Assembly (NCBI GenBank): GCA_964373815.1
Contig: CAYJWI010000004.1
Span: 1-61,233 of the forward strand
Direction of reading: 5' to 3'
Source: an uncultured archaeon
Lineage (GTDB): Archaea > Iainarchaeota > Iainarchaeia > Iainarchaeales > Iainarchaeaceae
Length of the DNA stretch: 61,233 nt
Shown in pieces: positions 35,626 to 44,362 of this stretch (the stretch's first letter is position 1; each line of letters opens with the position of its first letter). Under the pieces are notes generated by a model, which saw only the letters and a program-made list of their open reading frames with translations, made no database searches and was not told where the DNA came from. A program made the translations under genes and the position numbers.

Positions 35626-35988
35626 ATGCTTTACGATTCGCTTTCCCTGCAAAAGAAACTCATTTTCAATTCCGCCTTTGCGCTGCTCAATTTCCTCTCC
35701 CTAATCTTCCTCTACAACTCCCCCGCAACCCTCACTATAATAATAGCCGCAATTGCCGCGCTAGCGCTTTTTTTCTGGCATTCAAGGACAACGAACATTA
35801 TTTTCGTGCTCGGAACAGTCCTCGGCGTGGTGGGGGAGAGCATTGCAATCAGCATCGGCGCGTGGAACTACGCCTTTGCAAATTTTTTCGGGCTGCCCCT
35901 GTGGGCGGTGCTGCTCTGGGGGAACATCGTGGCATTTTCCTACCAGATGGGGATTCTCATAGGCGAGCTTTTCCATTCGGGGAAATGA
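35626..35988 (+). CDS. small integral membrane protein (4 predicted TM helices)
   Basis: 120 aa and strongly hydrophobic (LIFNSAFALLNFLSLIFLY, IIIAAIAALALFFW, FVLGTVLGVVGESIAISIG, LPLWAVLLWGNIVAF). It sits between purF and purD. Confidence 0.6.
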   Translation: MLYDSLSLQKKLIFNSAFALLNFLSLIFLYNSPATLTIIIAAIAALALFFWHSRTTNIIFVLGTVLGVVGESIAISIGAWNYAFANFFGLPLWAVLLWGNIVAFSYQMGILIGELFHSGK

Positions 35989-36039
35989 TGCCGCTGCAAG
36001 CCTTTTAATTGTTCTTTACAAAAAAGTAGTTGTGGTGCG

Positions 36040-37308
36040 ATGAAGGTACTTGTTATAGGCTCGGGCGGAAGGGAGCACGCCCTGTGCTGGAAGCTCTCCC
36101 AAAGCCCGAAGGTCGAGAAGCTCTTCTGCGCGCCGGGAAATGCAGGCACCCCAGAAGTGGCGGAAAATGTCCAAATCAGTGCCGATGACATCGCGGCCCT
36201 GGCGGATTTTGCGCAAAAGCAGAAAATCGATTTGGCTGTTGTCGGCCCCGAAGGCCCGCTTGTTGGCGGCATTGTTGACGAATTCACAAAAAGGGGGCTC
36301 AAGATTTTCGGCCCTACTGCAGAAGCCGCGATGATTGAGGGCAGCAAGTCTTTTGCGAAACAAATAATGGTTTCAGCAGGAGTCCCCACCGCGCGCTTTG
36401 AAGTGGTGACGAATATTGATGAGGCGCAGGTCATTGTGGATGAATTCGAGAAAGCTGCCGTGAAGGCTGACGGCCTTGCGGCCGGCAAAGGGGTAATAAT
36501 ATGCCAGAGCAAGAGTGAAATAATCGGCGCAGTGAACAAATTGATGCAGGAATCCATTTTCGGCGGCGCGGGGAAGAGGATTGTCATCGAGGAGCTGCTC
36601 GAAGGCGAGGAGGCGAGCGTGCTCGCATTCTGCGACGGCAAGAGCGCAAAGCTCATGGTTTCCTGCCAGGACCACAAGAGGATATTTGACAATGATATGG
36701 GCGCCAACACCGGAGGAATGGGTGCATACGCTCCCGCTCCTGTAATGAAGGGCCTTACGCAAAAAGTGCATGACTCGGTTTTCGTTCCCGTGCTTGCGGA
36801 AATGGCCAAGAGGGGTACACCTTATGTCGGGGTTTTGTACGCAGGGCTCATGATAAGGGGCGGAAAATTCAATGTCCTCGAGTTCAACGCGCGCTTTGGC
36901 GACCCGGAGGCGCAGGCCGTACTCCCCCTGCTCGAAACCGACCTTGTTGGAATAATGGAGGCATGCATTTCTGGCACGCTGGGCAAAAAAGAAATCAAGT
37001 GGAAGGATGCCGCCGCGTGCTGCGTAGTGATGGCGGCGAAAGGCTATCCAGAAACTTACGAAAAAGGGAAGGAGGTTTCCGGCCTTGCGGATGCAAGGGC
37101 GGTGAAAGATGTTTTTGTTTTCCACGCAGGCACAAAGCAAGAGGCTGGAAAGGTGCTATCAAACGGCGGAAGGGTGCTTGGTGTCACGGGAATTGGGAAA
37201 TGGGTAGGCGAAGCAATCCAGTCAGCGTATGCAGGGGTTGCGAAGATAAGGTTCGACGGGGCGCAGTACAGAAAGGACATAGGAAGGAAAGCGTTGGGCC
37301 GAAAATGA
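36040..37308 (+). CDS. purD: phosphoribosylamine-glycine ligase
   Basis: 422 aa. MKVLVIGSGGREHAL, ADGLAAGKGV and EFNARFGDPE are present. Confidence 0.95.
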   Translation: MKVLVIGSGGREHALCWKLSQSPKVEKLFCAPGNAGTPEVAENVQISADDIAALADFAQKQKIDLAVVGPEGPLVGGIVDEFTKRGLKIFGPTAEAAMIEGSKSFAKQIMVSAGVPTARFEVVTNIDEAQVIVDEFEKAAVKADGLAAGKGVIICQSKSEIIGAVNKLMQESIFGGAGKRIVIEELLEGEEASVLAFCDGKSAKLMVSCQDHKRIFDNDMGANTGGMGAYAPAPVMKGLTQKVHDSVFVPVLAEMAKRGTPYVGVLYAGLMIRGGKFNVLEFNARFGDPEAQAVLPLLETDLVGIMEACISGTLGKKEIKWKDAAACCVVMAAKGYPETYEKGKEVSGLADARAVKDVFVFHAGTKQEAGKVLSNGGRVLGVTGIGKWVGEAIQSAYAGVAKIRFDGAQYRKDIGRKALGRK

Positions 37309-37317
37309 ATTGTTTTT

Positions 37318-37875
37318 ATGGAAAAAGCCTTTTTGAGAGAGCAAATGATAAAGAAAAGGGACGCCCTCTCCGCAAAAGAAGCGGCTTCAAAAAGCCTCTC
37401 GATTGCCAAAAAAGCGCTTTCATTAAAAGAGGTCTTGGAAGCGGAAAACGTCGGCTCCTACATATCCTTTCGCAACGAGGTTTCCACACTTGGGCTGATT
37501 TCAGGGCTTGTCGCCGCGGGGAAAAAAGTTTTCGTCCCTTACATGGACTATGGAAAAATCGAGTTCACGCGGTTTGTTTCGGCGCAAGAGCTCGCGCCGA
37601 GTTATTACGGGGTGCAGGAGCCCGCGACAAAAATCCCCGCAGACCTAAGCACAATAGGGGTTTTTTTCGTGCCTGGCCTTGCTTTCGACAAAAACGGGAA
37701 CCGGATTGGCTGGGGCAAGGGCTTTTATGACAAATTCTTCTCCGCGCACAGGCTGAAAGGAGCAAGAATCGGGCTAGCTTTTGATTTCCAAGTGGTGGAA
37801 AAAATACCCGCAACGGAGCACGATGAAAAAATGGACGCGGTAGTCACTGAAAAGAAAGTGTATAGGTTTAAATAA
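37318..37875 (+). CDS. 5-formyltetrahydrofolate cyclo-ligase
   Basis: 185 aa. FVPGLAFDKNGNRIGWGKGFYDKFF and HDEKMD are typical of the family. Confidence 0.85.
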   Translation: MEKAFLREQMIKKRDALSAKEAASKSLSIAKKALSLKEVLEAENVGSYISFRNEVSTLGLISGLVAAGKKVFVPYMDYGKIEFTRFVSAQELAPSYYGVQEPATKIPADLSTIGVFFVPGLAFDKNGNRIGWGKGFYDKFFSAHRLKGARIGLAFDFQVVEKIPATEHDEKMDAVVTEKKVYRFK

Positions 37876-37876
37876 T
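37867..37876 (+). promoter_or_regulatory. TATA-like box for the ORF at 37896 (near-leaderless geometry)
   Basis: TTTAAATAAT is centred about 25 nt upstream of the ATG at 37896. Confidence 0.4.
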
Positions 37877-37895
37877 ACGGAATCATGTTTACATT

Positions 37896-38459
37896 ATGCC
37901 TGGAGGTTTTTACTGTGTTGAACTCCGCCCCAAGGAAGCCATTCCTGGCAAGGAAGTAGATTTCCGTGTAAGGCTAATACTCAGCACAAAAAGGAAAAAA
38001 GGCGCGATTATCATGACAAGCCCGGAACTCAAGCAGATTTGCGCCGAAAATCCAAAAATTGCAAGGAAAATTTCCGCCGGTGGTTTCATTGACTTTGGGG
38101 CAATAATTGTCAGGAAACGCACAGTTTTAGGTTGGCCAAAATCCATACTTACTCTTCATTACAGTCAAGATACTCTTAGGGAATTCGTAGGCAAGGGCAT
38201 TTCTTCGCTCATCCATCTTTCAATAGTAAAATGGCTCAAACAGAGGCCGGCTTATCGAGGCATCAGTTTTTATAATTCGCAATCATTCATGAATGAGAAA
38301 ACGCCTAAAGAAGCATTTGAGAAAGGGGCTAAAAGGCTCCTTGACGCAAGGCAAAAGTTCCCGGCAAATCCCAAATATGTGACGAGCGGAAACCACTTAA
38401 AAAAATGGCCAGCGAGGGCAACGGGAAAACGCCGCATAAAACCCCTGCTAAGAAGATAA
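37896..38459 (+). CDS. hypothetical protein (ORFan, basic)
   Basis: 187-aa ORF, A/T-richer than the flanking pur genes, with a Lys/Arg-rich C-terminus. No motif was recognised. Confidence 0.5.
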   Translation: MPGGFYCVELRPKEAIPGKEVDFRVRLILSTKRKKGAIIMTSPELKQICAENPKIARKISAGGFIDFGAIIVRKRTVLGWPKSILTLHYSQDTLREFVGKGISSLIHLSIVKWLKQRPAYRGISFYNSQSFMNEKTPKEAFEKGAKRLLDARQKFPANPKYVTSGNHLKKWPARATGKRRIKPLLRR

Positions 38460-38469
38460 TTCAAATTGC

Positions 38470-39999
38470 TCAGTGCCTGAAGTGCCTCTCGCCCGTGAAA
38501 TAAAGCGCGATCCCGCGTCTTTTCGCTTCGGCAATGACTTCATCGTCCTTGACGCTCCCTCCCGGTTCTACAATGGCTTTGATGCCAGCCTTCGCCGCGA
38601 GCTCTATGCTGTCCTTGAAGGGGAAGAACGCGTCGGATGCCAGCGCGGCCCCCTCGGCTTTTTTCCCGGCTTTTTTAATCGCGAGCTCTGCAGCATCCAC
38701 CCTAGAAGTGAGGCCACCGCCGATTCCGACAGTAGACCCGCCTTTTGCAATCACAATAGCATTGCTCTTGGCGTTCTTTACGACTTTCCACGCAAACTCC
38801 AAATCCTTGAGCGCCGGAGATGCCGCCTTTACGCCGGAGGCGTTTTTCCACCCAGCTTTGCCGATTGAATCGGGCTCCTGGGCAAGAAGGCCTCCATCAA
38901 TCGGGCGGAAATCAACCCCGCCGGAAAATGCGATGCCACCAATCTTTAGTATCCTAAGGTTCTTTTTTGACTTGAGCTCCTCAAGTGCCTTTGCCTCAAA
39001 CGAAGGCGCAATCACGACCTCGTTGAAAAAAGAAGTTATTATTTTCGCGCACGCGATGTCGCATCCCCTGTTGAGCGCGATTATCCCTCCGAAAGCGCTC
39101 AGCTTGTCGCACTCGAGCGCGCCTTCAAGCGCTGAAGAAATCTTCTGCGAAACCGCGACCCCGCACGGGTTCGCGTGCTTTATTATCGCGGCGCAGGGCT
39201 CGCTGAATTCCTTCACTATCGCGAGCGCCGCATTCGAATCGAGGTAATTGTTGAACGAAAGCTCCTTGCCATTCAGTTTCTCCGCGCCGACAATCCCGGA
39301 GGCCCCGAGCGCGTTTTTGTAGAGCACGGCTTTCTGGTGCGGGTTTTCGCCATACCTAAGAGCGGAATCCTTTTCGAAAGCAAGCGAAAGCTTCTGCGGG
39401 AATTTTTCGCCGCCAAAAACTTTGTTAAGGTAAGAAGAAACCACGGAATCATAGAACGCTGTATGCTCGAAAGCCTCGAGGCAGAGCCCTTTCTTCATTT
39501 TTTCGGAAAGCGAGAACTTGTTAGCCTTCAAGTCCGCGAGCACTTTCGCGTACTGCGAAGGCTCTACAACAACCCCGACACTCTCGTGGTTCTTGGCGGC
39601 TGCCCTTATGAGAGTCGGGCCGCCGATGTCGATGTTCTCTATTGCATCCTCGAGCTTCACGCCTTTTTTTGAAACGGTTTCCCTGAACGGGTAGAGGTTC
39701 ACCACCACAAGGTCAATTGGGGAGATGCCGTGCTTTTTTATCTGAGCAAGGTGCCCCTTGTTCCTCTTTGCAAGTATGCCGCCGTGCAGTTTGGGGTGAA
39801 GCGTCTTGAGCCTGCCTTCGAGCAGTTCAGGAAAGCCCGTGGCATCCTCGACTTTTGTGCACTTTATACCTGCCTTCCCGAGCGCGGCAAAAGTGCCGCC
39901 GGAGGAAATAATCTCAACGCCGTTCTTTTCAAGTTCGTAGCAGAACCCCGCAAGCCCTGTTTTGTCCGAAACCGATACAAGCGCAGTGCGGATTTTCAA
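38470..39999 (-). CDS. purH: bifunctional AICAR transformylase / IMP cyclohydrolase
   Basis: 509 aa. ALVSVSDKTGL, SSGGT, KTLHPKLHGGIL and the C-terminal FTGERHFRH are present. Confidence 0.95.
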   Translation of the reverse strand: MKIRTALVSVSDKTGLAGFCYELEKNGVEIISSGGTFAALGKAGIKCTKVEDATGFPELLEGRLKTLHPKLHGGILAKRNKGHLAQIKKHGISPIDLVVVNLYPFRETVSKKGVKLEDAIENIDIGGPTLIRAAAKNHESVGVVVEPSQYAKVLADLKANKFSLSEKMKKGLCLEAFEHTAFYDSVVSSYLNKVFGGEKFPQKLSLAFEKDSALRYGENPHQKAVLYKNALGASGIVGAEKLNGKELSFNNYLDSNAALAIVKEFSEPCAAIIKHANPCGVAVSQKISSALEGALECDKLSAFGGIIALNRGCDIACAKIITSFFNEVVIAPSFEAKALEELKSKKNLRILKIGGIAFSGGVDFRPIDGGLLAQEPDSIGKAGWKNASGVKAASPALKDLEFAWKVVKNAKSNAIVIAKGGSTVGIGGGLTSRVDAAELAIKKAGKKAEGAALASDAFFPFKDSIELAAKAGIKAIVEPGGSVKDDEVIAEAKRRGIALYFTGERHFRH

Positions 40000-40601
40000 G
40001 ATTGCTCACCGATGACCAATTTACCCTCGATAACCCTTTTAACCGCTTCCAGGATGCACTGCTGCTCGAGCTTTTGCACCTTATCCTTGAGAGATTCCGG
40101 TGTTTCCCCCTTCTCTATTAGTACTTTCTTCTGCATTATTATTTTGCCCCTGTCCACCTCTTCGCTCACTTCATGCAGGGTGCAGCCGCTCTCCTTCTCG
40201 CCGGCCTTGAGGATTTCCTTGTGCGCGTCCATGTTTATCGCACCGGCAAATTTAGGAAGCAGGCTTGGGTGGATGTTCCACATCCTTGCGCGGAACTCCT
40301 TCACGAGGAACGGGGATATTATTTTCATAAACCCTATGAGAAGCACGAGTTCCGCGTTTTTTTCATGCAGCTTTGCTGCGATGCCCTTTTCCGCCGCCTC
40401 GCGCGAAGTGAAAAGCCTGTAATCAGCAAAATGCGCCGGGATGCCGTGCCTTCTCGCCTTTTCAAGTATTCTTGCATCCTTTTTGTCGGAAACCACTAGC
40501 ACTATCTCGGCATCGAGCTCCTTTGCCGCTATCGCATCTATTAGCGCCTGCATGTCAGTGCCGTTTGTCGAGCCCAGAACCGCAACCCTTAGCTTACGCA
40601 T
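39996..40601 (-). CDS. purN: phosphoribosylglycinamide formyltransferase
   Basis: 201 aa. NIHPSLLPKFAG and HEVSEEVDRGKII are present. The stop/start overlaps purH. Confidence 0.9.
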   Translation of the reverse strand: MRKLRVAVLGSTNGTDMQALIDAIAAKELDAEIVLVVSDKKDARILEKARRHGIPAHFADYRLFTSREAAEKGIAAKLHEKNAELVLLIGFMKIISPFLVKEFRARMWNIHPSLLPKFAGAINMDAHKEILKAGEKESGCTLHEVSEEVDRGKIIMQKKVLIEKGETPESLKDKVQKLEQQCILEAVKRVIEGKLVIGEQS

Positions 40602-41448
40602 TTTCCTGCTCCCTGCAAGCCTTAAGCGTATTCTCCATCAAACTGGCAATCGTCATGGGCCCGACGCCGCCGGGAACCGGGGTAATCCAGCCGGCTTTTT
40701 TCGAAACGTTCTTGAAATCAACATCGCCCTCTACCTTTCCGTTGCCGTTCCTGCTTATCCCGACATCAATCACTATGGCACCTTTCTTCACCATTCCAGC
40801 CTTCACGAGATTCCTCTTTCCGGTAGCGGAGACAATTATGTCAGCCTTTTTCGTAAAGTCCGCAATCCTAGTGGTTTTGCTATGGCAGACCGTTACAGTG
40901 CACCCGGCATTTAGAAGCATCAACGCAACCGGCTTTCCAACAATGTTGCTCCTCCCTATCACGACAGCATTTTTCCCTTCGAGCCTCTGCTTCGTGCTTT
41001 CAAGCAGCTTCATTATCCCTTTAGGGGTTGCGGGCTGCATCCCGTCCTTGCCTAAAAGGTTCTTGCCGTGGTTGAAGGGGTGGAAGCCGTCCACATCCTT
41101 TGCAATCGCCATTGTTTCGTACACTTTTTTGTGGTTGAGGTGCTCTGGCAGCGGAGCCTGCACGAGCATGCCGTGCACTTTCCTGTCGGAATTGAGCTTT
41201 TCTATTTCGGAAATGAATTCTTCGTAAGGGATTGATGCGGGATATTTCTTCACTTCGGATTCCATTCCTAGCTCGAGGCAGGTTTTGCGCTTTTTCTCGA
41301 CGTAGATGCTCGAGGCGGTGTCATTTCCGGCCTGCAGCACAACGAGTTTTGGGATAATTCCCTTTTGCCGGAGCTCTGAAACCTGAGCCTTCACGCCTTC
41401 AAGTATTTTTTCTGCCATTTTTTTCCCATCTATCAGTTTTGCGGGCAT
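40594..41448 (-). CDS. folD: bifunctional methylenetetrahydrofolate dehydrogenase / methenyl-THF cyclohydrolase
   Basis: ATG at 41448. HGMLVQAPLP, VIGRSNIVGKP and TPVPGGVGPMT are present. Confidence 0.9.
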   Translation of the reverse strand: MPAKLIDGKKMAEKILEGVKAQVSELRQKGIIPKLVVLQAGNDTASSIYVEKKRKTCLELGMESEVKKYPASIPYEEFISEIEKLNSDRKVHGMLVQAPLPEHLNHKKVYETMAIAKDVDGFHPFNHGKNLLGKDGMQPATPKGIMKLLESTKQRLEGKNAVVIGRSNIVGKPVALMLLNAGCTVTVCHSKTTRIADFTKKADIIVSATGKRNLVKAGMVKKGAIVIDVGISRNGNGKVEGDVDFKNVSKKAGWITPVPGGVGPMTIASLMENTLKACREQENA

Positions 41449-41452
41449 TGTA

Positions 41453-42811
41453 TCACTTGTGTAGCGGGAATTTCCTGCACAGCGCGAGCGTTTCCTTGCG
41501 CAGCTTTGCAAGGCCATTGTCGGAGGAGATTTTTTCCTTCGCTTCTTTTATAGCCTTTTCGCGGCTCTCCTTGTCTTCCGGGAAATCATGCGTGCATGCT
41601 AGCTTGATTGCGGCGGCGATTATCCCGCCGATTTTCTTCATTTCCGCATCCTTCATTCCCCTGCTCGTAACTGCCGGTGTACCGAGCCGCAGGCCGCTCG
41701 GGTAGAAGGGCGAGTTGGGCTCTTTTGGAATCGTGTTCTTGTTTGTGGTGATGCCGACCGCGTCCAGCGCTTCCTGCGCGTAGAGCCCTTTTCCCTTTCC
41801 GAACTGGGTTAAGTCTATTAGTATTAGGTGGTTGTCGCTCCCGCCCGTCACGAGCTTCATGCCGTTTGCAATGAGTGACTGCGCAAGCGCGCGCGAATTC
41901 TTCACTATCTGCTGCGCATACTTACTGAACTCCGGCTGCGATGCTTCATGCAGGGCAACTGCGATTGCCGCTGTCTGGTGGTCGTGCGGCCCGCCCTGAA
42001 GGCCGGGAAAAACCGCCTTGTCAATTTTGGATGGGAGCTCCGGGTCCTTTGCAAGCCCTTTTTTTGTAACCATTATTATCGCGCCCCTCGGGCCGCGCAA
42101 AGTCTTGTGCGTAGTGGTTGTTACAATGTGCACGTGCTCAACCGGGCTCGGATGTACCCCTCCCGCCACTAGCCCTGCGATGTGTGAAATGTCCGCTGCA
42201 AGGTAAGCCCCAACTTCATCAGCTATTTTTCCGAACTTGCCGAAATCGAGTTCACGCGGGTATGCTGTCGCACCGCACCAGATGAGTTTTGGCCTGTGCT
42301 CCTGCGCTAGCTTTCTGACATTCTCAAAATCAATGTAACCGTCGGCAGTGACCTCGTACTGCACGCTCCTGTAATATTTCCCCGAAAAATTGACTTTCCA
42401 GCCGTGGGTAAGATGCCCGCCTGCTGTGAGGCTCTGGCCCATCACAACATCGCCCGGTTCGCACACGCCGAAATAGACCGCGTGGTTTGCGGGGCTGCCG
42501 GAGTACGGCTGCACGTTCGCGTGCTCGATGCCGAAGAGCTTTTCCGCCCTCTTGATTGCAAGCAGTTCTGCTTCATCGACGAATTCGTTCCCGCCGTAGT
42601 ACCTCTTCTTCGGGTAGCCTTCGGAATACTTGTCAGTGAAAACCGAGCCAAGCGCCTCGCGCACTGCCCTGCTGGAATGGTTTTCCGAAGGTATCATTTC
42701 GAGGCCGTTCTCCTGCCTCTGCGTTTCCTTTTGCACCAAACCGAAAATCCGCGAATCAGCCTGTTTTAGCGACTTCTTGTTCCTCAACAGCCCACCCCCC
42801 GTCAAGAGCAA
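41453..42811 (-). CDS. glyA: serine hydroxymethyltransferase
   Basis: 452 aa. LEMIPSENHSS and TTTTHKTLRGPRG (the PLP lysine) are present. It has only TTG-type starts; a TTG near 42787 preceded by GGGGGTGGG is plausible. Confidence 0.95.
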   Translation of the reverse strand: MLLTGGGLLRNKKSLKQADSRIFGLVQKETQRQENGLEMIPSENHSSRAVREALGSVFTDKYSEGYPKKRYYGGNEFVDEAELLAIKRAEKLFGIEHANVQPYSGSPANHAVYFGVCEPGDVVMGQSLTAGGHLTHGWKVNFSGKYYRSVQYEVTADGYIDFENVRKLAQEHRPKLIWCGATAYPRELDFGKFGKIADEVGAYLAADISHIAGLVAGGVHPSPVEHVHIVTTTTHKTLRGPRGAIIMVTKKGLAKDPELPSKIDKAVFPGLQGGPHDHQTAAIAVALHEASQPEFSKYAQQIVKNSRALAQSLIANGMKLVTGGSDNHLILIDLTQFGKGKGLYAQEALDAVGITTNKNTIPKEPNSPFYPSGLRLGTPAVTSRGMKDAEMKKIGGIIAAAIKLACTHDFPEDKESREKAIKEAKEKISSDNGLAKLRKETLALCRKFPLHK

Positions 42812-42885
42812 TAGAATTGGGAATTAATCTTTAATAAGGGTTTTGGCTCGCGGATTTTTAGCCAGTTGCGCAGGGTCGTGTTCTA

Positions 42886-43047
42886 TCACCTGAGTTTTTC
42901 GTAATCTTTCCGTGAAATTTCTGCCTGTCTGAGTCCATCCGGATGGATATACCTGGCATGGCTGCCTACCTGGTGAACTCTGGAAAACCCTATTCTTTCA
43001 AGCAGTTTGCACATTTCCCTGCCGGAAATCGGTATGAGGCGCGGCAT
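42886..43047 (-). CDS. hicA: HicA-like toxin, short and internally deleted (53 aa, not in the ORF track)
   Basis: Manual translation gives MPRLIPISGREMCKLLERIGFSRVHQVGSHARYIHPDGLRQAEISRKDYEKLR*. The HicA N-terminal pattern (GFxxxxxxGSHxxxxHPDG) is present, but about 20 residues normally following HPDG are missing. It starts 4 nt after the hicB stop. Confidence 0.55.
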   Translation of the reverse strand: MPRLIPISGREMCKLLERIGFSRVHQVGSHARYIHPDGLRQAEISRKDYEKLR

Positions 43048-43051
43048 TATA

Positions 43052-43279
43052 TCAGACTCTCACTTCGACATTCTGCACGCCAATGAATTTTGAAGTGGTT
43101 GGTTCGAGTTCGTCCGCTTCAAGGCAAACCTGTATGGCCTCTTTTACTCTCTCCATTGCCTGTGCAACGGTTTTTCCCTGTGTGTAACAGCCGCGTATAT
43201 CAGGCACCTTTGCCACAAACCAGCCGTCGGAATCCTGCTCTACCAGGGCGACAAAATTATACTCTTTTGTTTTCCGCAT
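43052..43279 (-). CDS. hicB: HicB-family antitoxin (UPF0150-type, no appended DNA-binding domain)
   Basis: 75 aa. DGWFVAKVPDIRGCYTQGKTVAQAMERVKEAIQVCLE matches the HicB N-domain pattern. Confidence 0.75.
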   Translation of the reverse strand: MRKTKEYNFVALVEQDSDGWFVAKVPDIRGCYTQGKTVAQAMERVKEAIQVCLEADELEPTTSKFIGVQNVEVRV

Positions 43280-43440
43280 AACTATACTGCCTCTTTAGAA
43301 GATTATAAATATATCTCCGAATGGCAGCGGCACATCAAAGAGTCTGCAGTACTGATTCACTCCGCATATTTTCAGCTGGCGTTAATCCTCATTCTCCGCG
43401 AATTAATCTTTATTAACTCTTTCGCATTTACTTTAAGCCT

Positions 43441-43824
43441 ATGGACATCAGCCGCGAAGAGCTCGAGAAAAGGGCGAAGGAAATCAACGACTCGGTTTTC
43501 GGGCCTGACCGCAAGCAGAAGCGCAAGCTAATGGACGCGCTAAAGGAGCAGGTCAATGCTTCGGCAAAGTTCGCCCTCGGAAAGGCGCTCTCAATCCCAG
43601 GAGTTTCACCGACCGCGCGCGCAGCATTTTTGGCAGTTCTAAAGGAGCAGAAGGATGCGGTAAACATACTAATGCTTCCGCGAGAAAAGCAGGAAAAGGC
43701 GGTTGATATGCTAAAGCCGATTTTCGGCCAGAAAAGCGCCGCTTTCGTGCAGGCTTTCCGCGAGGCGTTTACCCAGATACAGTCAGAGATCCAGCACGAC
43801 AGGAAAAGCCTCGAAGCCGGGTAA
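43441..43824 (+). CDS. hypothetical helical protein
   Basis: 127 aa, Lys/Glu/Ala-rich and helix-like. The mirror ORF on the minus strand (43428-43832) is Ser/Cys/Phe-rich and looks like antisense. Confidence 0.5.
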   Translation: MDISREELEKRAKEINDSVFGPDRKQKRKLMDALKEQVNASAKFALGKALSIPGVSPTARAAFLAVLKEQKDAVNILMLPREKQEKAVDMLKPIFGQKSAAFVQAFREAFTQIQSEIQHDRKSLEAG

Positions 43825-43922
43825 GTTTTCAATTTTGGAGTTAATCGGCGAAGGTGCCTTTGTGCCCAGGATTAAAACTCCGCAGGAGCATAACGGCACC
43901 ACATTCACAGTAAAACTTTTGT

Positions 43923-44252
43923 TCAGGGTCTTGCTTCCGGCCTTCTCTTTTGCATTATGCTGTTGATTGTAAAACCCGTGGGCTGCCCTTGCGCGTGTTT
44001 CTTTTGCCACGCTGCCCATGCTGCCTTTTCTTCAGCAGTCATTTTGCCAATGGCTTCTTCGGAAAGCTCCTTCTCCCCCCCGGCAAGGCGTTTGGTTTCC
44101 CGCACCAGCCTGAATTGTTCGGGAGTCATGCCATGGGCTCTTAGGACAAGGCCTGCTTCCCTCCTTTCCGCCCTATTTGCTGACTGGGTCTGTTTTCTTT
44201 TTCCGATTCTCCTTGCCTGGCTTCCACCCATAGGAAATCCTCCATCGCCCAC
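43923..44252 (-). CDS. hypothetical basic protein
   Basis: 109-aa ORF (GTG at 44252 or ATG at 44231), with a Gly-rich then Arg/Lys-rich N-terminus and a helical C-terminal half. No motif was recognised. Confidence 0.45.
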   Translation of the reverse strand: MGDGGFPMGGSQARRIGKRKQTQSANRAERREAGLVLRAHGMTPEQFRLVRETKRLAGGEKELSEEAIGKMTAEEKAAWAAWQKKHAQGQPTGFTINSIMQKRRPEARP

Positions 44253-44362
44253 ACTATTTTCATATTCATAACAAGCAAGCCGCTTAATATTTGTTTGCGA
44301 AAAACCGCCGTTTTCCTATCTTCGCTCCGAGAACGGATTCCTTTTGTATTGTTGAAATCGAG

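Noticed and set aside
35940-37730. Long overlapping ORFs 35940-36809 (-), 36373-37140 (-) and 36963-37730 (+).
   Set aside because: They overlap purD and the 5-formyl-THF cyclo-ligase, which both have clear family motifs. The alternative frames are Ala/Ser/Arg-rich shadows.
40441-41227. + strand ORFs of 157 and 251 aa opposite purN and folD.
   Set aside because: They are antisense to two well-supported genes and have proline/serine/phenylalanine-rich composition.
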